This document shows positions 7,225 through 15,897 of a stretch of 64,000 nt of DNA, in pieces. The stretch lies in assembly GCA_947474435.1 (NCBI GenBank), contig CANJII010000018.1, positions 2,165 to 66,164 of the forward strand, written 5' to 3'. Every line of letters begins with the position of its first letter. The first letter of the stretch is position 1. The translations under genes and the position numbers were made by a program. This stretch comes from Chitinophagaceae bacterium. GTDB lineage: Bacteria > Bacteroidota > Bacteroidia > Chitinophagales > UBA10324. A model generated the notes under the pieces. That model did no database searches and was not told the origin of the DNA. It saw only the letters and a list, made by a program, of their open reading frames with translations.

Positions 7225-9945
7225 TTATTGTAATAATAACACAACACTAAGTGAACATCTGAGGAATTCAACATTAGTTGCTGCCCCTATAGAAACAGGA
7301 TTGCCTTGAAGTAAATAAGCTTGAACTATAATTGTATGTGGCCCGGGAGTTAAGATACCGGAAACTGATGTATAACCAAATGATCGCAATCCATCGTTAA
7401 AATTTCCAGGGCTGTCAACCATTAATGACCGTACCTGTATTGTGGTACCGTCAATATCATGTTTTAAAGCAAGATGCCCTCCGTCATTAATAGGAGAAGT
7501 AGCATAAGCTCCTCCTTCATATGCTATCAATGCTTTGTAAGTACCGGTTGCAGGAACATTTATATTTATTATTAATCCTGGAATTGTTTGCCAGGTTGCA
7601 TTAGTGTTCAAGCTTCCTGTACTATAGACAATCTCAGCTGGAGAAGAAGTAGTAGCAGATACACTTGTACCCGGCACCCATGTTGTACCATTCCACACCA
7701 ATACATCTCCAACACTGGCGCCTTGCTGTGAAATTTTTAGTGGGGAAATCAAAGTGCCATTACCTGAAAGTGTGGCGTCAGTATTTGCAATTGAATTAAC
7801 AGAAAAGGTAGGATAAGAACCTGTAACTGTTGACATACCAGTTCCATTTAGAATAACTGTTTGATCAGGATTTGTATTTGAAATTACTGTTCCAACAATT
7901 CCAATTCCGGTTCCTGCAGTGTATGTGCTTCCGGTTGGAAGTGTAATTGTATTTCCATTTAAAATACTTAAATCATTTCCGGCAAGTGAAAGAGTTTGTG
8001 CATCGGTATCAGTATCAGTTGAGTTGATTGTAAAATTCGGATACACCCCTGAAACAGTTGTTGCACCAGTGCCGGTTAAAGCTACAGTTTGATCAGGATT
8101 TAAATTTGAAATTACTGTACCCGCAATTCCAATTCCTGTTCCTGCAGTGTATGGTGTTTGTGCAGGAAGTGTAATTGTGTTTCCATTTAAAATACTTAAA
8201 TCACTTCCGGCAAGAGAAAGAGTTTGTGCATCGGTATCAGTATCAGTTGAGTTGATTGTAAAATTCGGATACACCCCTGAAACAGTTGTTGCACCAGTGC
8301 CGGTTAAAGCTACAGTTTGATCAGGCGCTGAATTTGAAATTACTGTTCCTACAATTCCAATTCCTGTACCTGCAGTGTAAGGGGTTTGAGCCGGAAGTGT
8401 AATTGTGTTTCCATTTAAAATACTTAAATCATTTCCTGATAAAGAAATAGTTTGTGCATCGGTATCAGTATCGGTTGAAGTGATGGTGAAATTCGGGTAT
8501 GTTCCGGTTATCGCAGTTGCGCCCCCTCCAGTTAGAACAACAGTTTGATCAGGATTTAAATTTGAAATTACAGTTCCTGCTATTCCAATTCCTGTTCCTG
8601 CGGTGTAAGGGGTTTGTAACGGAATAGTTACTGAGTTTCCGCCGGTAATACTTAATGTTGAACCCGAGATTGACAATGTTTGTCCATCGGTATTTAAGGA
8701 TGTGTTTGTAATTACATTACCTGCAATTCCAATTCCTGAACCTGCTGTATAAACAGTTTGTGTGGGTATGTTTATTGAGTTGCCATTTGAAATGGATATT
8801 TGTGTTCCGGTTATTGAAAGTATTTGTGCATCCGTAGCATTCACAGTAAAATTTGGATACAGTCCACTGACAATTGCACTTCCTGTTCCTGCAATAGAAA
8901 CTATCTGATCAGGTGAAGTATTGGAGATAACTGTTCCTGTTACATTAATTCCTGTTCCGGCTGTATAATTATTTCCGGCATTAACTGTTACCGTATTTCC
9001 GTTTGATATAGTTAATTGATTTCCGGAAACTGATAGTGTTTGCAATTCATTGGTGTTGCTTAAATCGCCGGTGTTGCTGATAACATTTCCTGAAATATTT
9101 ACACCCGCACCTGCCGAATAATTTATTTGCGATGGAAGTGTAACAGTATTTCCATTGCTGATTGTGAGTGATGAACCAACCAATGTTAAAGATTGTGCAT
9201 CGTTATCAATATCATTTGCCGGAGCCCAGGCGGTACCGTTCCATTTTAAAGTTTGTCCGGTTGTTGCGCCTTGTTGTGCCATACCAATAGGCGATGCAAT
9301 AGTTCCTGCTCCTGTAAGTGTTGAATTGGTAATTACACTTTGTGTTCCCCAGTTATCGCCACCTGAACCAACCGCATCGTTTGCCGGAGCCCATTGTGAG
9401 CCGTTCCATTTTAATGTTTGTCCTGTTGCCGCACCTTGCTGTGCAATGCCAAGCGGACTTGCAGTTGTTCCATTTCCGCCAATAGTTGTATTTGTTATTG
9501 CAGTTTGAGTTCCCCAGTCATCTCCGGTACTTGTACTCAATACACTTCCTGCAACCATTGCATAAGGCACACTTAACAGTTGTGATGTTCCCATGTCAAT
9601 ATAATTTGAACCGCCGGTTGCATCCATTTCCACTTTCATAAATTTTGAACCTACTGCCCAATCAATGTTTGCAAAAACTCCTGACTGAATTAATCCTGTT
9701 CCAATAGCAACTGTAAATAATCCGAATTGATTAGTTGTTACCGCATGTGTTTCGGAATATAAAGTTGGCCCTGTTGATGTTACATCTTTAATGGAAATGC
9801 GAACGCTGATGTTTGTATTAATTAATCCAGAACCCGCAGCATTTCGTGCTACCGCCTGATAGGTTAATGCTTGCGGAATTTGCGCGTAAATAAATGCACT
9901 GAAAAAAAGGAAAACAGAAAGAAGGTAAAACTTTTTCATGGTCAT
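7225..9945 (-). CDS. Secreted fibre-like repeat protein (906 aa) with 76-aa tandem repeats and no recognisable T9SS CTD
   Basis: Signal peptide ...AFIYA|QIPQA. The N-terminal domain is roughly 65% identical by eye to the 857-aa paralog. It has GQTLKWNG..WAPAND motifs, TNELQTLSVSGNQLTISNGNTVT, and repeated TDTDTDAQTLSLAG.DLSILNGNTITLP...YPNFTINS units. Confidence 0.75.
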   Translation of the reverse strand: MTMKKFYLLSVFLFFSAFIYAQIPQALTYQAVARNAAGSGLINTNISVRISIKDVTSTGPTLYSETHAVTTNQFGLFTVAIGTGLIQSGVFANIDWAVGSKFMKVEMDATGGSNYIDMGTSQLLSVPYAMVAGSVLSTSTGDDWGTQTAITNTTIGGNGTTASPLGIAQQGAATGQTLKWNGSQWAPANDAVGSGGDNWGTQSVITNSTLTGAGTIASPIGMAQQGATTGQTLKWNGTAWAPANDIDNDAQSLTLVGSSLTISNGNTVTLPSQINYSAGAGVNISGNVISNTGDLSNTNELQTLSVSGNQLTISNGNTVTVNAGNNYTAGTGINVTGTVISNTSPDQIVSIAGTGSAIVSGLYPNFTVNATDAQILSITGTQISISNGNSINIPTQTVYTAGSGIGIAGNVITNTSLNTDGQTLSISGSTLSITGGNSVTIPLQTPYTAGTGIGIAGTVISNLNPDQTVVLTGGGATAITGTYPNFTITSTDTDTDAQTISLSGNDLSILNGNTITLPAQTPYTAGTGIGIVGTVISNSAPDQTVALTGTGATTVSGVYPNFTINSTDTDTDAQTLSLAGSDLSILNGNTITLPAQTPYTAGTGIGIAGTVISNLNPDQTVALTGTGATTVSGVYPNFTINSTDTDTDAQTLSLAGNDLSILNGNTITLPTGSTYTAGTGIGIVGTVISNTNPDQTVILNGTGMSTVTGSYPTFSVNSIANTDATLSGNGTLISPLKISQQGASVGDVLVWNGTTWVPGTSVSATTSSPAEIVYSTGSLNTNATWQTIPGLIININVPATGTYKALIAYEGGAYATSPINDGGHLALKHDIDGTTIQVRSLMVDSPGNFNDGLRSFGYTSVSGILTPGPHTIIVQAYLLQGNPVSIGAATNVEFLRCSLSVVLLLQ
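7765..8676 (-). repeat. In-frame 228-bp (76-aa) tandem repeat, four units, inside the 906-aa gene
   Basis: Unit starts at 7993, 8221 and 8449 are spaced exactly 228 nt apart. The first 105 nt of units 7993 and 8221 are identical. Flanking units are more diverged. Confidence 0.85.
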
Positions 9946-9965
9946 GAAATTAAAATTTCAGGTTT

Positions 9966-9973
9966 CGAAATTA
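9966..9973 (-). promoter_or_regulatory. Candidate Bacteroidota -7 box (TAATTTCG) for the 906/168/857 operon
   Basis: The minus strand reads taatttcg 20 nt upstream of the ATG at 9945. It matches TAnnTTCG, a one-base variant of the TAnnTTTG consensus that recurs in this window. Confidence 0.35.
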
Positions 9974-10151
9974 ACACTTGCAATTTATATCATTTAAAAT
10001 TCGATTTCAAGTATTACTCCTTCATTGGAAAAATATTTTTTTCATTGTAATTCCTTCTATTGATTTAAAAAATCAGATTGTTAAAATATCTTTCGTTTCC
10101 TTTTTATTCAACATCAATAAATCCATTTTCAAAATTTTACAAACTCCGAAT

Positions 10152-10159
10152 TACTTTCG
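10152..10159 (+). promoter_or_regulatory. Candidate -7 box (TACTTTCG), 6 nt before the glyQS ATG
   Basis: tactttcg at 10152-10159 and ATG at 10166. Confidence 0.35.
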
Positions 10160-10165
10160 CGCGCT

Positions 10166-11707
10166 ATGGCAGAACAAAGAGATTTTTTTAAAGACATTAT
10201 TTCTCACGCAAAAGAATACGGTTTCATTTTTCAATCGAGTGAAATTTATGATGGGCTGAGTTCGGTGTATGATTACGGACAGAATGGTGTGGAACTGAAA
10301 AAAAACATTCGCGACTACTGGTGGAAGTCAATGGTGCAGATGCACGAAAATATTGTGGGTCTTGATGCCGCCATTTTTATGCACCCAACGGTTTGGAAAG
10401 CAAGCGGACATGTGGATGCGTTTAATGATCCGCTCATTGATAATAAAGATTCGAAAAAAAGATATCGTGCTGATGTGCTGATTGAAGATCACATTGCGAA
10501 GATTGAAGCGAAGATTGAAAAGGAAGTAGAAAAATCGCGTGCTCGCTTCGGGGAAAGTTTTGATGAAGCGATGTATCGTTCCACCAATCCGCGAGTGTTA
10601 GAAAATCAAAAAAAGATTGATGACATCAACACTCGCTTTAAAAAGGCACTGGAAGAAAATAATCTCGACGATGTAAAACAAATCATCATTGATCAGGAAA
10701 TTGTTTGCCCCATCAGCGGCACCCGCAACTGGACCGATGTGCGACAATTCAATTTAATGTTCAGCACTTCTATTGGTTCAGTAAGCGAAGAAGCAAATAC
10801 GATTTATCTGCGACCTGAAACCGCTCAGGGAATTTTTGTAAATTTTTTAAATGTGCAGAAAACCGGAAGAATGAAAATTCCATTCGGCATTGCACAAACC
10901 GGTAAAGCTTTTCGGAATGAAATCGTAGCGCGGCAATTTATTTTCCGCATGCGCGAATTTGAACAAATGGAAATGCAATTCTTTATTCGTCCCGGCAGCG
11001 AAGAGCAGTGGTACAACTACTGGAAGGAGCAACGGATAAAATGGCATCGTGCACTCGGCATCTCCGAAAAAAAATATCGCTTTCACGATCATTTGAAATT
11101 AGCGCACTATGCAAAAGCGGCTTGCGATATTGAATTTGAATTTCCGTTTGGCTTTAAAGAATTAGAAGGCATTCACTCGCGCAGCGATTTTGATTTAAGC
11201 AGCCACGAAAAATTCAGCGGAAAAAAATTGCAATACTTCGATCCTGAACTCAACGAGAGTTATGTGCCGTATGTGATTGAAACAAGTATTGGATTAGACA
11301 GAATGTTCTTAGCTGTTTTTTCTTCATCATTGAAAACTGAAAAATTAGAAGACGGAAGTGAGCGCACTGTTTTGAGTTTGCCTCCTGCCCTTGCGCCGGT
11401 GAAAGTTGCCGTGCTTCCACTGTTGAACAAAGATGGATTGCCCGAAAAGGGAATGGAAATTTTTAACAAACTAAAAACATCGCACCTCTGTCACTACGAA
11501 GAGAAAGACACAATTGGCAAACGCTACCGCCGACACGATGCCATCGGAACTCCATACTGCATTACTGTTGATCATCAAACATTGCAGGATGATACTGTTA
11601 CCATTCGTCAACGCGACTCCATGCAGCAGGAAAGAATTGCAGTGGCTGATGTTTTGAAAATTGTGGATGAAAAAGTGAATATGAATCGGGTGCTGGAAAA
11701 ATTGTAA
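10166..11707 (+). CDS. glyQS: Glycine--tRNA ligase (homodimeric class II type)
   Basis: 513 aa. The N-terminus FKDIISHAKEYGFIFQSSEIYDGLSSVYDYGQNGVELKKNI, plus YLRPETAQGIFVNF and GIAQTGKAFRNEI, are hallmark GlyRS motifs. Confidence 0.95.
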   Translation: MAEQRDFFKDIISHAKEYGFIFQSSEIYDGLSSVYDYGQNGVELKKNIRDYWWKSMVQMHENIVGLDAAIFMHPTVWKASGHVDAFNDPLIDNKDSKKRYRADVLIEDHIAKIEAKIEKEVEKSRARFGESFDEAMYRSTNPRVLENQKKIDDINTRFKKALEENNLDDVKQIIIDQEIVCPISGTRNWTDVRQFNLMFSTSIGSVSEEANTIYLRPETAQGIFVNFLNVQKTGRMKIPFGIAQTGKAFRNEIVARQFIFRMREFEQMEMQFFIRPGSEEQWYNYWKEQRIKWHRALGISEKKYRFHDHLKLAHYAKAACDIEFEFPFGFKELEGIHSRSDFDLSSHEKFSGKKLQYFDPELNESYVPYVIETSIGLDRMFLAVFSSSLKTEKLEDGSERTVLSLPPALAPVKVAVLPLLNKDGLPEKGMEIFNKLKTSHLCHYEEKDTIGKRYRRHDAIGTPYCITVDHQTLQDDTVTIRQRDSMQQERIAVADVLKIVDEKVNMNRVLEKL

Positions 11708-12079
11708 ATGAAAATAATTTTCAATTTTCTTCTTTCAATTTCTATTTTTTTTATTTCCTGCAAAGGCGATAACAAAAACGAAATCATTACACCCGTTTAC
11801 AGTGCTTCATTACAAATTACAGTAATGCGCGAAAACACCAGTCATGTTTTAAAACCTTTAAGCGGTGTAACGGTTTATTTATTTCTGACTGATAACGACC
11901 GCACTCAGAATCAAAACATAAAATTCACCGGAACGGTAAACGACAGCGGAAAAATTTCTTTCAACAAATTACCTGATGATTATTATTTCATACTTGCCTC
12001 ACACGCAACTTACGGAATAAAAAAATCGGAAACAGCTACACCCAATAACAGTGTTTCTTATGAAGAGATTGATTATTAA
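11708..12079 (+). CDS. Hypothetical lipoprotein
   Basis: 123 aa. Lipobox-like FFISC. The start abuts the glyQS stop (TAAATG). No recognised family. Confidence 0.5.
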   Translation: MKIIFNFLLSISIFFISCKGDNKNEIITPVYSASLQITVMRENTSHVLKPLSGVTVYLFLTDNDRTQNQNIKFTGTVNDSGKISFNKLPDDYYFILASHATYGIKKSETATPNNSVSYEEIDY

Positions 12080-12095
12080 ACCTTCGCGCTTTTTA

Positions 12096-12103
12096 TAATT
12101 TCG
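12096..12103 (+). promoter_or_regulatory. Candidate -7 box (TAATTTCG), 5 nt before the gmk ATG
   Basis: taatttcg at 12096-12103 and ATG at 12109. Confidence 0.35.
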
Positions 12104-12108
12104 CCGTC

Positions 12109-12678
12109 ATGCTTCCAAAAGTAATAATCGTTACAGCTCCGTCAGGTGCAGGCAAAACAACAATCGTAAAACATTTGTTGTCGCGTTTTTCTGAACTTGC
12201 GTTTTCAGTTTCGGCTACCACACGATCACCACGATCGGGCGAAATAGATGGCATTGACTATTATTTTATTTCAGTGGAAGAATTCAATGAGCGCGTGCTG
12301 AACAAAGAGTTTGTTGAATATGAAGAAGTGTATCACCACACTTTTTACGGAACGCTAATGGAAGAAGTAAAAAGATTATGGAAAGAAGAATTGGTAGTGG
12401 TATTTGATGTGGATGTGAAAGGAGCAATTACATTGAAGAAAAATTTTGGTGAAAGCGCTCTCTCACTTTTTATTAAACCACCATCAACCGAAATATTAGA
12501 TCAGCGATTACGCAACCGAGCAACCGATGAACTTTCGAAAATTGAAGAGCGCATTAACAAAGCACATTATGAATTAGAGTTTGAAGAATATTTTGACCGC
12601 ACTATTGTAAACGATGATTTATATGTTGCTTTAGAAGAAGCCACTCAGGCAGTTCAGGAATTTATCAGTAAGAAATAA
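12109..12678 (+). CDS. gmk: Guanylate kinase
   Basis: 189 aa. P-loop APSGAGKTT, SATTRSPRSGEIDGIDYYF and EYEEVYHHTFYGT. Confidence 0.93.
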   Translation: MLPKVIIVTAPSGAGKTTIVKHLLSRFSELAFSVSATTRSPRSGEIDGIDYYFISVEEFNERVLNKEFVEYEEVYHHTFYGTLMEEVKRLWKEELVVVFDVDVKGAITLKKNFGESALSLFIKPPSTEILDQRLRNRATDELSKIEERINKAHYELEFEEYFDRTIVNDDLYVALEEATQAVQEFISKK

Positions 12679-12737
12679 AAAAATATTTTGTCATTAACTC
12701 CCGTTTCATACTTTCGGAAATTCAATTATAAAAAATA

Positions 12738-13124
12738 ATGCAAACAAAAATTACAGAAGGTGTTCGTATCAGTGTTGAAGTTTTTTATCAGCCCGATTAT
12801 TCTCAACCATCATCCGGTGAATTTATGTTTGCTTATCGCATCACCATCACCAACGAAAGTGAATATGCGGTTAAATTATTGCGCCGTCACTGGAACATTA
12901 CTGATGCAAATGGAATTACACGCGAAGTTGAAGGCGAAGGAGTGGTTGGTCAGCAACCTGTTATTGATCCCGGTGCATCACACCAATATGTTTCAGGTTC
13001 TGCATTAAAAACTGAGATTGGAAAAATGAATGGCACCTATACCATGCAACGATTATTTGACAATGCGAAATTCAAAGTTGTTATTCCTGAATTTCAAATG
13101 GTGGCACCGTATAAATTAAATTAG
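12738..13124 (+). CDS. apaG: ApaG (DUF525) protein
   Basis: 128 aa. FAYRITITNESEYAVKLLRRHWNITDANG...VEGEGVVGQQPVI.PG..H.Y.S matches the ApaG fold signature. Confidence 0.9.
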   Translation: MQTKITEGVRISVEVFYQPDYSQPSSGEFMFAYRITITNESEYAVKLLRRHWNITDANGITREVEGEGVVGQQPVIDPGASHQYVSGSALKTEIGKMNGTYTMQRLFDNAKFKVVIPEFQMVAPYKLN

Positions 13125-13197
13125 TGAATGGTGTCCTTCGACAAGCTCCCGACTTAAGGTCTGGGTTGTTTCATCAGGATGACAATTGTGAATGGTG
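13124..13197. repeat. REP/MITE-like intergenic element, copy 2, flanked by a 10-bp direct repeat
   Basis: gtgaatggtg occurs at 13124-13133 and again at 13188-13197. Between them lies a 54-bp core (tccttcgacaagctcccgacttaaggtctgggttgtttcatcaggatgacaatt) that shares ctcccgac...tgtttcatc with 27086-27115. Confidence 0.35.
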
Positions 13198-13296
13198 AAT
13201 GTTTAAAGTTCAATTCATAAATTATTAAATTTATTTATCTGCTTTTATGCAAATGTTATTTTCGCAACCTTGAATTCTCCATCATAATAATTTTTT

Positions 13297-14250
13297 ATGA
13301 AAGTTACCGAACACATTGCACAGGCAAAAAACACTTTGTTCTCATTTGAAATACTTCCGCCATTAAAAGGTGTTGGCATTCAATCCATATATAATACGCT
13401 GGATCCGCTGATGGAATTTAAACCTCCGTTTATTAATGTCACATATCATCGTTCAGAATTTATTTTCAGAAAAACCGCTGAAGGATTATTCGAAAAAAAA
13501 ATAGTTCGTAAGCGACCTGGCACTGCCGGTATATGCGCAGCCATTATGACTAAGTATAGTATTGATGCTGTACCGCATTTAATATGTGGTGGTTTTTCTA
13601 TTGATGAAACAGAAGACTTGTTGATTGAACTCGATTTTCTCGGGATCAACAATGTGCTTTTAATACGCGGAGATAAAATGAAAAGCGAAGAAGTTTTTAC
13701 TTCGCAAAAAGACGGGCATAAAAATGCGCTAGAACTTGTTCAGCAAACAGTGAAAATGAATAAAGGAATTTATCTGGAAGAAGAACTGAACAATGCAATG
13801 CCAACAGATTTTTGTATTGGTGTGGCTGGTTATCCCGAGAAACATTACGAAGCGCCGAACATGAATATTGATTTACAAAATCTGAAAGCAAAGGTTGATG
13901 CAGGCGCACATTACATCGTGACTCAGATGTTTTTTAACAATCAAAAATTTTTTGACTTTGTTAAAGCCTGTCGAGAAATCGGAATTACAGTTCCCATAAT
14001 TCCGGGATTGAAACCCATTACAACAAAAAAACAAATTTCGAATCTTCCACGGATTTTTAATGTAGATATTCCATCAGAATTGATTCATGAATTTGAAAAA
14101 TGCACGACTGATGCAGACTTTAAAAAAGTTGGAATTGAATGGACCATACAGCAATGCAAGGAACTGATAAATGCAAAAGCACCTGTCATACATTTTTACA
14201 CCATGAGCAATTCAGAGTCGGTAAAAAATATTGTTAAAAATTTAGTTTGA
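13297..14250 (+). CDS. metF: Methylenetetrahydrofolate reductase
   Basis: 317 aa. FSFEILPPLKG, INVTYH, GINNVLLIRGD, GVAGYPEKH and AHYIVTQMFF are MetF motifs. Confidence 0.92.
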   Translation: MKVTEHIAQAKNTLFSFEILPPLKGVGIQSIYNTLDPLMEFKPPFINVTYHRSEFIFRKTAEGLFEKKIVRKRPGTAGICAAIMTKYSIDAVPHLICGGFSIDETEDLLIELDFLGINNVLLIRGDKMKSEEVFTSQKDGHKNALELVQQTVKMNKGIYLEEELNNAMPTDFCIGVAGYPEKHYEAPNMNIDLQNLKAKVDAGAHYIVTQMFFNNQKFFDFVKACREIGITVPIIPGLKPITTKKQISNLPRIFNVDIPSELIHEFEKCTTDADFKKVGIEWTIQQCKELINAKAPVIHFYTMSNSESVKNIVKNLV

Positions 14251-14263
14251 TTTATAACAGAAA

Positions 14264-15637
14264 TCAGAATCGTTTTTTTTCTGATATTCGTTTTGCATTT
14301 TCCACCTCAGTTATATGATTGAGAATAAATAATCCGGCAACAAAAAACGGTATACACGGAATTTTATATCGAACCAAGGCACCAAAATTATAGGCTGTAA
14401 AACCAATGCAAAACCCAAAAAACAATGAGAAGAAAATACAAAAGAAAACAGTGGCATTACTTCCAATAGCTTTAAAAGTTCTTCCAATTCCGGTTCTGTA
14501 AAATATCCGAATGGTAAAAATTAATAATGCAAAACTTTCCAAAGCTGAAAGCAACATAACAGGGTTTCTTGTTTCCCAAGGGTATGGCCTGAAAAGAGTT
14601 ACATTAATTGCTGCCGGAATATTTTTTATAATACTTGAATTTGAACCATCCATAGTCCCCAGTGAATAACCAGAAGCATTGGATGTTTGAGCTAAAAATC
14701 CGTGGTACGATTGGAAATTACTGGCAGTACCAAGTGCATTTTGCATAGAATATGATTGAAAATCGTTTCCCAATTTATTCACTACAAAATACCCTGCAAT
14801 AGAAGAAATAAGAATTACAAAGGGACCCATCATTATTCTTAAAAACTGCAACTTTACTTTATCTCTATAAGTTAAAAACACCCAGAAGACTAATGATGGA
14901 GCAAAACTTAAAATGATATAAGGTTTAATTTTAAGGCAAAAATATACGGCTATAGAACCCATTATAATTGAACTAAATGTTTTCCTTCGACCAATAAAAA
15001 TATTATAGGAAGCCCAAGTTACCCATCCAACGCACGCCAGTGTTATTGAATCCTTTAAAACACCTGAACCCCAAAAAAAAACAGAAGGAATATATAAAGT
15101 GGCAATAGCAAATTGACTTTTTAGTTTTGGAAATGCATCAACAAAAGTGGTAAACATTGCCCAAACACCTGTAAAAGACAGGGCTGCAAAACACAATGCA
15201 ATTGGTAGATAATTATCAAAACAGAACAATGAAAAAACTCCGGCAAATTTACCAACCATATAGGAACTGTCATCTGTTCTGAAAAACATCCAAGACATAT
15301 AATCTTCATTGGTGGGAAGGTTTATTTCGTTTCCGTTAAACAATAAAATAAAAAAATCAGCTACATTATCTCCGAATGCACTATAGAATACGGAGGCATT
15401 ATTAAAAAATTCATTTGTATCACCTCCGCCATAATAAAAAGCATATACAATTCCAACTCCGATTGCCCCAAACATTTTTAACATTAATCCCTGAATAAAA
15501 TATCTCCGCATTAATTTATCTTTCGGATATAACATATTTCTAATAAATATGAATAATATTAGAAAAAGCAGAAAATAAATTGGTGTAATAAATACATCAC
15601 TTTCGCTGACAAGTGGTTTCCAAAATACTTCTTTCAT
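14264..15637 (-). CDS. Polytopic inner-membrane protein of unknown function
   Basis: 457 aa with about 11-12 hydrophobic helices. No family recognised by eye. A canonical -7 box taagtttg lies on the minus strand at 15699-15706. Confidence 0.6.
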   Translation of the reverse strand: MKEVFWKPLVSESDVFITPIYFLLFLILFIFIRNMLYPKDKLMRRYFIQGLMLKMFGAIGVGIVYAFYYGGGDTNEFFNNASVFYSAFGDNVADFFILLFNGNEINLPTNEDYMSWMFFRTDDSSYMVGKFAGVFSLFCFDNYLPIALCFAALSFTGVWAMFTTFVDAFPKLKSQFAIATLYIPSVFFWGSGVLKDSITLACVGWVTWASYNIFIGRRKTFSSIIMGSIAVYFCLKIKPYIILSFAPSLVFWVFLTYRDKVKLQFLRIMMGPFVILISSIAGYFVVNKLGNDFQSYSMQNALGTASNFQSYHGFLAQTSNASGYSLGTMDGSNSSIIKNIPAAINVTLFRPYPWETRNPVMLLSALESFALLIFTIRIFYRTGIGRTFKAIGSNATVFFCIFFSLFFGFCIGFTAYNFGALVRYKIPCIPFFVAGLFILNHITEVENAKRISEKKRF

Positions 15638-15897
15638 TTAGGTAGTGTAGTTGGCATTCTTAATATTAAAATTGACTTTTAGGTTTAATTGTCATTTACA
15701 AACTTATTAAAGTTTGTTGAACTCTATTTATAATCTGTTTAAAGAACATTGTTTTGGAAAAAATTATACCATTATTTATGAATTTTAACCTGCAAAATCT
15801 ATCATTCGTCGAAAAAACAATGCCGATAACTCATAATATTAAAATATTTGCGCTCCTAAAAACAGTAATTATTTGTCACTCAAATTTAATTAAACTT

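Noticed and set aside
7765-8676. A regular 228-bp repeat array that could be mistaken for a CRISPR-like or satellite array
   Set aside because: The units are contiguous with no unique spacers. They are in frame within a long ORF and encode a coherent 76-aa protein repeat. No cas genes are present in the window.
4624-9508. Alternate-frame and antisense ORFs inside the fibre-like genes (4624-4818, 4681-4890, 5806-6063, 5952-6140, 6313-6528, 9155-9508)
   Set aside because: They lie wholly inside much longer ORFs with clear repeat and domain logic. Their own translations are low-complexity, which is the expected by-product of biased repeat DNA.
9978-10259. 93-aa ORF spanning the glyQS upstream region
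   Set aside because: It overlaps the glyQS start in another frame and reads as AT-rich low-complexity sequence (FKI/LLL). It is probably a promoter region.
12760-13008. 82-aa ORF overlapping apaG in another frame
   Set aside because: apaG matches a conserved family across its full length, and the overlapping frame has no features.
15754-15897. 48-codon N-terminal extension of the 2097-aa ORF in the track
   Set aside because: The extension has no signal peptide. The ATG at 15898 begins a textbook signal peptide with the Gln +1 site.
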